IMG/VR virus record: IMGVR_UViG_3300023488_000162
DNA from: a virus
Reading direction: 5' to 3' (one strand)
DNA: 64,000 bases
A program made the translations under genes and the position numbers. Numbering within the stretch: the stretch's first letter is position 1; every line of letters starts with the position of its first letter. The notes beneath the pieces were generated by a model. It did no database searches. It was given only the letters and a program-made list of their open reading frames with translations, and was not told the DNA's origin. Below are positions 29,061-38,278 of this stretch, piece after piece.

Positions 29061-29376
29061 TCTTTACAGTCCTGGCCTTATCATCCCAATATTCATCAGC
29101 ACCGACCTTTCTAGGTGCAGTACCAAAATGCTCTTTCCACTCAGGAAGACTTTCATTGATGGCATCAAACTGGATTCCCCAATCAAAACAAGCTTCCATT
29201 GCATCATACAGAAACTTTCCTTCCCGGCAAGTCCAGAGAATCAGACCAGCACCGTGCTTCTGTTCTTGAATTGCCTGGTAGATCACATTCCAGTTTGGTT
29301 CACCGATATCAGGATAATTATTCTCACAGAGAGTTCCATCAAAGTCGATAGCAATAGCACGCTTCCAATTTCCCAT
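29035..29376 (-). CDS. HAD-like phosphatase-domain protein
   Basis: HAD motif I IAIDFDGTL. Confidence 0.45.
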   Translation of the reverse strand: MGNWKRAIAIDFDGTLCENNYPDIGEPNWNVIYQAIQEQKHGAGLILWTCREGKFLYDAMEACFDWGIQFDAINESLPEWKEHFGTAPRKVGADEYWDDKARTVKNGELVDND

Positions 29377-29377
29377 A

Positions 29378-31102
29378 TCAAATCACCTCAAAATCAACAA
29401 TCTGTGCCTGCGGAGTCACTTTATTTCCGTACTGATTTAAAGATAACCGGCATACAGCATTGATATATTTCTCTTCCTGACCACCATAGAAGTCATTGTT
29501 GATCCAGCCAGTCATCCGGCCATTATCTGCAAAGCACACAAAATCAATGCCTTTTTCTTCATCGGAATATTTCCACATATTACCATTCTTGCCCATCGGA
29601 GCACATCCACTATGAATCAGCGGAACGTTTTTAATGTAGAAATACGGCTCGGAGATTCCCTGTGCCCAGATTTTATGCATTTCGTACATGGTCTTCGGCA
29701 ATGCAACGGTCAGCCTACTATAGTCAAAATCAAAATCAACTACGATCGCCTTACTCATCGTGACATCTTTAAGCAGCTCATTGCAATCCACAATCGCCTT
29801 TGGCACATTTTCTTTCTTGATTTTCACACCAGCTGCGTTATCATGACCAAGAACCGACTCAAAATCTCCGGTACTCATCAAGAACTCCTTTAAACTTTCA
29901 ATCGGAGAACCGTCAGGATTTCTCATTGAGCCACCGTAATAGTCCGGTTCATCAGCGAAGGTACGAAGCAGTACGCACGGTTTCGCATACATTTCAGCCA
30001 GCTTGATTGCCACAACACCAGTCAGAGTGTTATCAAGAATGCCGGTGGAGTTACAGAAGAGAATCTTATTCTGGTCTGCACCATGCTTTTCAATCAGTTC
30101 CTGAAGCTCTGCGACAGCCTTGTCTTTGGCCTTGTTTTGCTGATACTTACAAGATGAGCACTCGCGAGCCACATGCTGCGCCAGAGTCTCATCAATCGTA
30201 ACACCAGCATTCTTGCCACGAGTCGGAGTGTACTGGAACGTCTGTTCCTCACCGACCATTGCACGGAACATCCGCTTCTTTTGCTCAGATGAACCAACAC
30301 GAATCAGTGCGTTCATCATCGGAACGATGTAGAACTGAACATCATTGATGGTCGGGTCACCCTTGATATTGAAACTGTTTGCCTCAATCAACGCACAAAT
30401 CATCGGATTTGCAATTCGTGCCAGACCTTTCGTGCAAAGGCGCTTTGTCTCATGCGAGTGCATATCCATGACATCACCGATGTTTCCAACAGCCACCAAA
30501 TCAAGATATCGGTCTGCAACATTAGTCCAATTATCTTCATCAACAGCCTGAAGGAATTTATACACCACGCCAGCGCCAGAAAGTTCCTTGTTAGGATATG
30601 TACCATTCTGATTGTTGACGATTACTGCGTAAGGATTCTCTCTGTCGCAGATGTGATGGTCAAGAATCAGAATATCGATACCCTTATCACGAAGTTCCTT
30701 ACATTGCTCAACATCGTTACTACCAGCATCAGGAATAATCAGCAGAGTGGTTTCAGGTGGAACTTCGATTTCTTTAGAGAGTCCATGTTCCTTACCATTA
30801 TGATGCAGAACATTGATTTTTCCAAAATAACCAATCGCCTTCAAATACTGAAACATCATCGAAGCACTTGTGAAACCATCCACATCACAGTCTACAAGGA
30901 TAGAGATAGTAGATTTTTTCCAAAGGTGTTTATTCAACATCATGACGGCATACTCAATATCATCCAGTGCCCACGGTGAATTCAGGCAAGAATCATTCAG
31001 ATTCATGTAGGTCTTATAATCCTTAACCCCTCTGTTCTCCATAATCGTTCCAATCGGGTCTGATAGGTCGTTCCTACTCCCCTTCCAGAGTTTTACATTC
31101 AT
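29378..31102 (-). CDS. RecJ-like DHH-family ssDNA exonuclease
   Basis: DHH motifs DCDVDGFTS, IIPDAG and ILDHH. Confidence 0.65.
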   Translation of the reverse strand: MNVKLWKGSRNDLSDPIGTIMENRGVKDYKTYMNLNDSCLNSPWALDDIEYAVMMLNKHLWKKSTISILVDCDVDGFTSASMMFQYLKAIGYFGKINVLHHNGKEHGLSKEIEVPPETTLLIIPDAGSNDVEQCKELRDKGIDILILDHHICDRENPYAVIVNNQNGTYPNKELSGAGVVYKFLQAVDEDNWTNVADRYLDLVAVGNIGDVMDMHSHETKRLCTKGLARIANPMICALIEANSFNIKGDPTINDVQFYIVPMMNALIRVGSSEQKKRMFRAMVGEEQTFQYTPTRGKNAGVTIDETLAQHVARECSSCKYQQNKAKDKAVAELQELIEKHGADQNKILFCNSTGILDNTLTGVVAIKLAEMYAKPCVLLRTFADEPDYYGGSMRNPDGSPIESLKEFLMSTGDFESVLGHDNAAGVKIKKENVPKAIVDCNELLKDVTMSKAIVVDFDFDYSRLTVALPKTMYEMHKIWAQGISEPYFYIKNVPLIHSGCAPMGKNGNMWKYSDEEKGIDFVCFADNGRMTGWINNDFYGGQEEKYINAVCRLSLNQYGNKVTPQAQIVDFEVI

Positions 31103-32121
31103 TTAATTCTCCTAACACAGTTCTCAATCAATGCATTAAATTTTTCAGGATTATCAGTCGGGGCTTCCTTTTCATCGAGAATCCCTTTATCATCTACTAC
31201 AGCATACACACTTACGCCATCGACAAATCGATTGGCGAGAACCATAAGCTCACTAAGCTGAACGTCTTTATCAAAGACAAAACAAATATCAACACAAAGA
31301 CGTGTTAAAATTTCAATTTGATTCTGTGAAACCTTCTTGCCGCCAGTCGCCACACAGTTACAAACATCCATATTCCACATCTGCATGACAGACTTTTCAG
31401 CTTCACCAACATATACCAGACCTTTATTCTTAATGTACGGCTCTGTCTTATACAGGCCATACAGAATACGGTTTCTGGCACACGGCTCAAGATACAGATA
31501 CTTTAATTCACCTTCAGGCGGCTTGCCAAAGTATCTTCCCTTTACACCAACCAGAGTACCAATTTCATCTCTAATTGGAATCGTGATTCTATTTGTCAGC
31601 TCATCAAAGCCAATCTCGAATTCCTGCTGCGTCTCATAAGATATCCCATCGTCAGCAAAAATCTGGTTCACATAAGGTTTGTAATAACCGAGGATGGCTT
31701 CGGAGATGGGGACTATCGGACGGTCATCCTCGTGTTCTTCACCTTCATTTTGCATGGCAATGAGCTCTTTTAGAATCAACATACTTTTAGGAAGGTCTTC
31801 CTCGAAGTTGTGATAGTAATCAAGTCCAACCCATTCGCAGATTTGCTTAATAGCTTTTGGGAAAGACAGTTCCAGAAAAAACTGGACGACAGAAATCAAA
31901 TCATAACTGGTCTTTCCATTGGCAATATCTCGTGTGTAATCTACCGCAGTAAGATTTTCATTCTCGTAAACGCAGAGTGCCGTTCTATTGTCACCATCTG
32001 GATTTGCACACTGGTAATAACCAGTCTTGTGACTGATATGATGACAACCAAGCTCCTCTAGGATCGGCTCAATCTGCTGTTCTTCAAGAATGTAATTTTT
32101 CAAATCTGCGATATTTACCAT
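31099..32121 (-). CDS. DNA primase (Zn-ribbon + TOPRIM)
   Basis: Zn-binding GCHHISHKTGYYQCANPDG, a TOPRIM Glu (VYVGEAEKS) and a DxD motif (FVFDKDVQ). Overlaps the downstream gene by 4 nt. Confidence 0.6.
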   Translation of the reverse strand: MVNIADLKNYILEEQQIEPILEELGCHHISHKTGYYQCANPDGDNRTALCVYENENLTAVDYTRDIANGKTSYDLISVVQFFLELSFPKAIKQICEWVGLDYYHNFEEDLPKSMLILKELIAMQNEGEEHEDDRPIVPISEAILGYYKPYVNQIFADDGISYETQQEFEIGFDELTNRITIPIRDEIGTLVGVKGRYFGKPPEGELKYLYLEPCARNRILYGLYKTEPYIKNKGLVYVGEAEKSVMQMWNMDVCNCVATGGKKVSQNQIEILTRLCVDICFVFDKDVQLSELMVLANRFVDGVSVYAVVDDKGILDEKEAPTDNPEKFNALIENCVRRIK

Positions 32122-32130
32122 TGTAGTTCC

Positions 32131-33654
32131 TTACTTTCTGGTGCAGACACCGACCTCTTTCCAGACATTCTGGTTCAAATTCACTTCAAACATGATTTTC
32201 TTCTTTTCGCCAAAACGGTTCTTATCGATGTTTCCAACGTAATACCGTTTATCTGGGTTTAGCCGATGAGCGCAGTCACCGCCCCATTCTGGGTCATGGG
32301 AGATGTACTGATACTTCGCGAACTTATCTTTTGGAATCTCCTTGAATAGAACCATCGTCCAAGCAACATGCTTAATCATTTTTGACTCAGCAATATTGTT
32401 TGAATTCAGCTCATCAGGAAGGTACTCATGAGCATTTTCAGCCAACTGGATGCTACCGTAAATAAAGATTTTCAGATTTTTCGCAATCTCTTCAAGTTCG
32501 GTGGCTGTGACCTTGAACGCTGCCCATTCACCAATCGAAGCAATATCGTTCTTTAGAGTATCGTAGAACACATACTTGACTCCCTGAGTGAGAGCCGCTT
32601 TCTGAATCTCGAACCGGAGAGACTTGTCACTGTAATCAGCTGAAACATCCTTTGCGATAATCAAGCCTTGTGATTCGCTCTCAATCCACTGGCAAACATC
32701 AAGCACATTGCGGTACTCTTCGCTTTCCTCGTAGACACGGGCGGTGAACTCATCAATGCTTTCTATGTATTCTCCGTCTTCGTTTTGCTTTCGGAAGATG
32801 AAGTTTCCATTTGCATCCCGGTACATTCCTAGGGTGATTTCTCGCTCATCCTTATGGAAACGATGACCATGCAACTCTTGAAACTCAGGATTATTGATGG
32901 CGGTAACCAGTAAGCAATACCGGACGGACTCAAGATCCATCTCATTTAGCAGCAGAAGTGCTTTTTGCTTTTGAACCAATGTGACGTATGCAACAATCGC
33001 CATCATGTATCTAGTCTTGCCAGCGTTAGATGGCATACCATTGAACATCACTGTGCCCAACTTTAACCCTCGGAACAAATCATTCATGATGGAATACTGG
33101 AATGGCAAGCCCATATCAGGAACGCTCAGACGTTCATTGACCATCGGCAGTAGACCGTTATTCAAAATCTCAGCATCATCGTTTGTAATGATGACGGTAT
33201 TGATCTTGTCAGCCTTACCACGAATCAGTTTGTAAATGTCCTGAGCACCAAACATTTCAAACTGTCGATGCTTCAAGATTCCTTCAATGTTAAAACCGTT
33301 TCTCTGATACTCACGAAGTAGCGAATATTTCTTCAGGATATTGAAGTATCCCTTGATATCATCGTCATTCGCAAGGCTCATGTAGTATTCAATGGTTGAC
33401 CAGCCCTTCAGCCGCTTGTATTGTGACAATCTGGACTCGTCTTCAGCCATAAACGTTAAAACAGACGTTTTATTAAATTCTTGAGTCCGAGTTTCGTAAA
33501 TAATCAACGCTGCATCGTAGAAAAATTTTGTTGCTTCATCGGCAAAATCGTACTTGCTCTTGACATAATGCCCATACTCAACCAAATAGTCAGGATGCTT
33601 GTAAATTGCGCCAACAAATAGAATTTCGTTCGGGATATTTGAAATGAGTTCCAC
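32131..33654 (-). CDS. DnaB-like replicative DNA helicase
   Basis: DnaB-type N-terminal domain and a RecA-like core with Walker A GMPSNAGKT. Confidence 0.7.
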   Translation of the reverse strand: MELISNIPNEILFVGAIYKHPDYLVEYGHYVKSKYDFADEATKFFYDAALIIYETRTQEFNKTSVLTFMAEDESRLSQYKRLKGWSTIEYYMSLANDDDIKGYFNILKKYSLLREYQRNGFNIEGILKHRQFEMFGAQDIYKLIRGKADKINTVIITNDDAEILNNGLLPMVNERLSVPDMGLPFQYSIMNDLFRGLKLGTVMFNGMPSNAGKTRYMMAIVAYVTLVQKQKALLLLNEMDLESVRYCLLVTAINNPEFQELHGHRFHKDEREITLGMYRDANGNFIFRKQNEDGEYIESIDEFTARVYEESEEYRNVLDVCQWIESESQGLIIAKDVSADYSDKSLRFEIQKAALTQGVKYVFYDTLKNDIASIGEWAAFKVTATELEEIAKNLKIFIYGSIQLAENAHEYLPDELNSNNIAESKMIKHVAWTMVLFKEIPKDKFAKYQYISHDPEWGGDCAHRLNPDKRYYVGNIDKNRFGEKKKIMFEVNLNQNVWKEVGVCTRK

Positions 33655-33671
33655 TCATCCACCTCCCTCTT

Positions 33672-34364
33672 TTATATCTCATCGAGAATTGCATTTATAT
33701 CAATTTCATTCTCGTTTTTACTCTGTTTCGGTGCTGTTTTCATCCGTTTCAGTACCGTTTCAGTCAGATTTTCCTTCGTTTTGTCTTCGCTTTCACTGCG
33801 AATCGAAGCAAGTCTTTCTTTTCGTTCGAGATAACTAGGGTATTGAGCCAATAAAACAGCCAAGTCGTAATTCCATCGCTGACTCATATCACAGCCCTTT
33901 GCTTCTTTCTCGGCAATTATTTTATCTAGTCGGGGTTTCGCTAGAACCCACATATCGTAAAGTTCTAGCGGAGGAATAGAACCTCTATATTTGTAATAAT
34001 TACCGGAAATCAACTGTGTAAGTTTCGAGTAGAAGTTGCCAGGAACAACCGCCGGGGCGTATATATCTCGAATATGGTCGAAAAGAATCTTTTTCTCTTC
34101 CTGTTTGATATGTGCAAGCTCACGATTGTGGTCTTGCTCTCTCTTTTTGGAAAGAAGATCATCGACCTTTTTATCCGTAGTGTCATTCACTTTGTCAAAA
34201 AATACCCTTAGTAGGTCATCTGTCCAAGGGCGTTTTTGATTTTTCTTTTTTTCTACAAAACAATCCTTATGATAAAAACCAGTCTTGTCATAGAAAAACG
34301 TGCTACGGTCTCGCTCGATGAAAATGTTCTTCCCGCAAATCTTGCATTTACGGGTTAGTTCCAT
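33672..34364 (-). CDS. Hypothetical protein with N-terminal zinc finger (CKICG...HKDC), possible replication accessory or loader
   Basis: 230 aa, positioned between the Sak4-like ATPase and the DnaB-like helicase. Confidence 0.3.
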   Translation of the reverse strand: MELTRKCKICGKNIFIERDRSTFFYDKTGFYHKDCFVEKKKNQKRPWTDDLLRVFFDKVNDTTDKKVDDLLSKKREQDHNRELAHIKQEEKKILFDHIRDIYAPAVVPGNFYSKLTQLISGNYYKYRGSIPPLELYDMWVLAKPRLDKIIAEKEAKGCDMSQRWNYDLAVLLAQYPSYLERKERLASIRSESEDKTKENLTETVLKRMKTAPKQSKNENEIDINAILDEI

Positions 34365-35512
34365 TAAGCCAGTTCCTTCTCCATGACTGCGGCAACCTTC
34401 TTCAGTTCCTCAATATCAGTCATAGAACGGAATGCGGTAGACAGGCCAGCCGCCTTAACAGCCTTCTGTGCGGCACTCTTCTTCATAGGAGAAGCGGAAG
34501 CAATCAGGTCATTCAGCTTTGCCTTGATGTCATCCATAGAAGGCTCTTTACTATCGGAACTCTTATCTGCCGGAACATCATCCGGCTCATCGTTTTCGAT
34601 ACCAAGGTCACGCATACTCAGCTTAACCTCAGTCTTAACAGCATCGTTTAAGCCGTTTTTGATGACGTTCTCCCGATTCTTTGCGCTACTAGAGATAATA
34701 TCCTGATACTCAAGCAGGGTCAGATCCTCAACGACCTCACCGCCCTTATGCATACCGGTACGATCCTTATCGAAGAAAGCGAGCTGCTGACCATCCTGAA
34801 AATACAGGCGGAACTCAGTATCAACGTTGTACTCCTGACCAGCAAACCCATCAGGAATCTTACGACCAGTAGGCTCACTTACGATAGAGCCATTCACAAC
34901 CTTAGTATGCTTCTCGTCCTTCTCTCGGCAAACAACGATGTAGTTCACACCAGATGCATTCAGATCCAAAATCAGAGACTGACCCTTGAAGTTCAGGGTA
35001 TTGAAATCCTTGAGCTCCATGCCAGCACCCTCAATCTTAACTGCCTTTTCATCACCGGTCAGACCCTGAGATGCAGCCTTAACCTTGGCACGCTTCTGCG
35101 AAAAGGCGGTGAGGCCCTGGGTAGCAGTCATCTTGAGGATGGAAGCGGAGTCAACAACCAGAGCGTCTGCACGGAACGGCTTGCCATCTGCATCCAGATA
35201 AACATCTCCATTCTCATCCTCAATATCCTCATCGTTGGTAACCATCTTGATATAATCCTGGACCTCTGCTAGAGACTGTGTGTAAACAATCAGCAGATTA
35301 TCAGGATTCACACCATTGGCTTCCAGCTCCTCGGTGTAATTATCAATAGAACCATTCTCGGTATCCAAATATAGAACACGGAACGGCTTACCGTCTGCAT
35401 TCTTCAAATAGCACAGCTGCATAGCAGTACGAGACTTACCAGTTCCCTGTTCGCCATAAATCAGCATATGAAGCTTCTTACGAACAGCAGATGCCTTACG
35501 AATCATAGCCAT
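34364..35512 (-). CDS. Sak4-like / AAA_24-family RecA-fold ATPase
   Basis: N-terminal Walker A LIYGEQGTGKSRTA in the arrangement typical of AAA_24/Sak4, plus an acidic C-terminal extension. Confidence 0.5.
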   Translation of the reverse strand: MAMIRKASAVRKKLHMLIYGEQGTGKSRTAMQLCYLKNADGKPFRVLYLDTENGSIDNYTEELEANGVNPDNLLIVYTQSLAEVQDYIKMVTNDEDIEDENGDVYLDADGKPFRADALVVDSASILKMTATQGLTAFSQKRAKVKAASQGLTGDEKAVKIEGAGMELKDFNTLNFKGQSLILDLNASGVNYIVVCREKDEKHTKVVNGSIVSEPTGRKIPDGFAGQEYNVDTEFRLYFQDGQQLAFFDKDRTGMHKGGEVVEDLTLLEYQDIISSSAKNRENVIKNGLNDAVKTEVKLSMRDLGIENDEPDDVPADKSSDSKEPSMDDIKAKLNDLIASASPMKKSAAQKAVKAAGLSTAFRSMTDIEELKKVAAVMEKELA

Positions 35513-35545
35513 ATATGTAAATTCCTCTCTAAATCTTTTCTTTTA

Positions 35546-35839
35546 TTAAACTTTCAAACACTCATACCACGGATCACCCGTTTCAACTGCATGAGCAACA
35601 TAATCTAACTGACGGGTGATGTTATCCACACTATCAACCAGAAGGTCTTTGCACCCTACCGGAACAGCACCACCATTGCATTCTGCGTCAGCTTTAGCTT
35701 CTGCAATAATCTCAGGATGCGTAGTAAACACAATAGACATCATCGGAGAGTCTTCTTCAGGTTCCTTTTCAAGTGCTTCGATGTAGACAATGTAAAATTT
35801 CATGCCATTATAGGCGGTATACTCAAGAGTATTCTGCAT
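35546..35839 (-). CDS. Hypothetical protein
   Basis: 97-aa ORF preceded by motif copy D. Confidence 0.35.
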   Translation of the reverse strand: MQNTLEYTAYNGMKFYIVYIEALEKEPEEDSPMMSIVFTTHPEIIAEAKADAECNGGAVPVGCKDLLVDSVDNITRQLDYVAHAVETGDPWYECLKV

Positions 35840-35854
35840 AACAAAACTCCTTAT

Positions 35855-35875
35855 GTATCCTGTATTACTTAGCTA
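35855..35875 (-). promoter_or_regulatory. Conserved 21-bp motif, copy D (GTATCCTGTATTACTTAGCTA on +), 15 nt upstream of the start at 35839
   Basis: Matches the other copies by sequence. Confidence 0.45.
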
Positions 35876-35885
35876 AGGCTAAAAA

Positions 35886-36989
35886 TTACACTCCCCAGTC
35901 ATCCTCTTCCTCGTTTACAGGAGTTGCAGTAGACTTGTTAGAACCACCCCACCAAGAAGTGTCGTTCTCAGCAGCCTTGCCGTCGAAGTCCTTCTTTGCC
36001 TGAGCGTTGGCAGCAATTTTTGCCCGTGCCTCAGAGATATTGTCCTCAGTGTAAGTGGGCTCCGCATCCTTATCACCAGGATTCGGATCAAAGGAATCAG
36101 GATTAACACCCTCGATATACAGCTTGCGAACTGCCGGAGTGCCCTGACGCTTCATCTTGTTAGGACCACCCCAGATATTCTCAGTCTCAACTTCCTCAAC
36201 CTTCTGCTGATTGACGATGGGACCAAAACACTCGAAACTAGTGTAAGGCTTCAGACGCTTACGAATAGAATCAGCCAAAACCTTATTCTGAGTGTTTGCC
36301 TTATAGTCGATGAAAAACTCTGCATCCTCAATGGTGCTGTAGTTCACGATCTTTGCATCGACAACTACTTCATCGTCCTCATCGCTCTTACGGCAACCAG
36401 TGTACACAATGGTCTGAGTGAACAGAGCCAGCTCTTCAAAGCCCTCTGCATCGAAGTCGATTTCCTTAGAACTCAGAGAAACCTGAGTAGGAACAAATCG
36501 AATCTGGTGCTTATCGTTGTAAGTGCTGTACTCGATGTTACCACGGACATACACGTTGTCACCGTCATGCAGATTCTCGGAAATCTCCTTAGCTGCATCA
36601 AAATCGGTCAGAGTCTTGTTATCATTGACGACCTTACCAGACTCATTCGTCTTCTTGGTAACACCGACCTTGACGCCAATCATATCATAGCCTTCCGGTG
36701 CAACATAAGTCAGACGATCCTTCCAAGCAACTTCCTTTTTATCCTTCTCGATGCCCCTGTCCTTATCGGCACGGCGGAAGAAGTAAACCTTATCACGAGG
36801 CATACCAGCCAGATCAACATAGAAAGTGTTTTCATTGGAAGTCTGAACGCCAAAGCTCAGGACACGGCGCATAGCACCACTCTTAGTCTCCTTCTCGTTA
36901 TAGAAGTTACTACGCTGGGTGCCGGTGACCTTACCAGCCATCTCAAAAGAACCACGGGTCTGAGGAAGATTAAAAATTCTATCTGCCAT
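35886..36989 (-). CDS. Putative ssDNA-binding protein
   Basis: Sits next to the Sak4-like ATPase and has an acidic C-terminal tail ending EEEDDWGV (acidic plus aromatic, as in SSB tails). The OB fold is not verified. Confidence 0.35.
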   Translation of the reverse strand: MADRIFNLPQTRGSFEMAGKVTGTQRSNFYNEKETKSGAMRRVLSFGVQTSNENTFYVDLAGMPRDKVYFFRRADKDRGIEKDKKEVAWKDRLTYVAPEGYDMIGVKVGVTKKTNESGKVVNDNKTLTDFDAAKEISENLHDGDNVYVRGNIEYSTYNDKHQIRFVPTQVSLSSKEIDFDAEGFEELALFTQTIVYTGCRKSDEDDEVVVDAKIVNYSTIEDAEFFIDYKANTQNKVLADSIRKRLKPYTSFECFGPIVNQQKVEEVETENIWGGPNKMKRQGTPAVRKLYIEGVNPDSFDPNPGDKDAEPTYTEDNISEARAKIAANAQAKKDFDGKAAENDTSWWGGSNKSTATPVNEEEDDWGV

Positions 36990-37134
36990 ATCAAGTCTCC
37001 TTTATGTAATTTTGTTTCATCGGTAATCACTTATGTTTCTTTTTATTGTCTCGAATCAATTCATGCACTATTCATTTTATATATTATCCTCCGTCTGTCT
37101 TATTGATGGCTTATATTTCATACGGCGCTCGCCG

Positions 37135-37347
37135 TTAGAAATCGTCCTTTAAGGGATTATGTAAAAACATCGCACCGAGCACTACTGGGAGCCGTTCTGA
37201 ACATTCAGGACACAAATCAAAACTCAAGAACAAACCATCAAGTTGGCTACCATAAGAGTATTGATGTTCAAAACTGATTCCCTGTTCGCTGCCTATCGGC
37301 TTGATTTCACGACCACACCAGTTACATATTTTCTTACATGTGTTCAT
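37135..37347 (-). CDS. Small zinc-ribbon protein
   Basis: Cys pairs CNWCG and CPEC. Confidence 0.3.
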   Translation of the reverse strand: MNTCKKICNWCGREIKPIGSEQGISFEHQYSYGSQLDGLFLSFDLCPECSERLPVVLGAMFLHNPLKDDF

Positions 37348-37363
37348 ACGGCATCACCCCATT

Positions 37364-37642
37364 TTAATATTCCCTATCACGGAACATCTTAGATTGAGCA
37401 CGAGTTAGCCTGCCATTCCGACCATGTTTAGGTCTGAATGCGGACTGCAACTTGTTGTTTGCGTATTCAAGATCACTCTCCAGAATCTTCGCAGCTTCTT
37501 CAATGTAATCTCGGATTGCACAATACTGGTCACTGCTAATACAGTGTGTCTTTAGATAATCAAGCATATCGACTGCCTGATTTTTCAGAAGAAGTGTATC
37601 TTCAAGCTGGTTTTTTCGCCGTTGGAAGAAATCTACATTCAA
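37364..37642 (-). CDS. Hypothetical small protein
   Basis: 92-aa ORF. Confidence 0.3.
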   Translation of the reverse strand: MNVDFFQRRKNQLEDTLLLKNQAVDMLDYLKTHCISSDQYCAIRDYIEEAAKILESDLEYANNKLQSAFRPKHGRNGRLTRAQSKMFRDREY

Positions 37643-38013
37643 CCCTGTATCTCCTCATTCTGTAGTTTTTCAAGCGTTGGACGAATCGTTCTTTCCCAAC
37701 GCCTTATAAATCGCCAATCAAGTAATTGACCGCATCGTGGACAGAAGTTATCAAAATTTGATAGTGTGCAATAACAAACCGGACACTCATAACGCCCATA
37801 AATGTCATCATGAAGAGGCTCTTTGTAATCCGTCCTAAACTCATAAAGTTCTGCTTTTGAAAGAATGATTTCGAGAGCCTTCATTAAATGTTCACGAGGA
37901 CACCACATTCCGCCTTCCTTGCCAAGTCGGATTTGTTTCTCTACAATTTCCTTTGCCTGGTCGAAAGTCATGTTCTCAATTTCTTTTTTCTTTGCGTGCA
38001 TCCAATCTTTCAT
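37639..38013 (-). CDS. Hypothetical zinc-ribbon protein
   Basis: Cys pairs CPVCYC and CPRCG. Confidence 0.3.
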   Translation of the reverse strand: MKDWMHAKKKEIENMTFDQAKEIVEKQIRLGKEGGMWCPREHLMKALEIILSKAELYEFRTDYKEPLHDDIYGRYECPVCYCTLSNFDNFCPRCGQLLDWRFIRRWERTIRPTLEKLQNEEIQG

Positions 38014-38240
38014 AACACACCACTTTCAGCAAATGCATAATTGTTCTTTGCATTCTTATCCATCCACACGCCCCAATCCATCTTATGTTGACACTCTGGA
38101 CACTTCGGCTCAAGCTTCTCTAATTTTGTCACACAAAACGGACATAGATATGTGTCACTTTTCTTATGAAAAATTGGACTTGCCGGAAGACTCAAGGAGC
38201 CGGAATCAATGGTTGCATTAATAGGAATTTTATTGTTCAT
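38010..38240 (-). CDS. Small zinc-ribbon protein
   Basis: Cys pairs CPFC and CPEC. Confidence 0.3.
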   Translation of the reverse strand: MNNKIPINATIDSGSLSLPASPIFHKKSDTYLCPFCVTKLEKLEPKCPECQHKMDWGVWMDKNAKNNYAFAESGVL

Positions 38241-38278
38241 CGTGTCACCTTCTTGTTTGAATTAGCCTTTTATGAGAT

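Noticed and set aside
35886-36989. Assigning the 367-aa protein confidently as SSB
   Set aside because: Only the acidic tail and the genomic context support it. The protein is long for an SSB and no OB-fold motif is recognisable by eye, so it is kept at low confidence.
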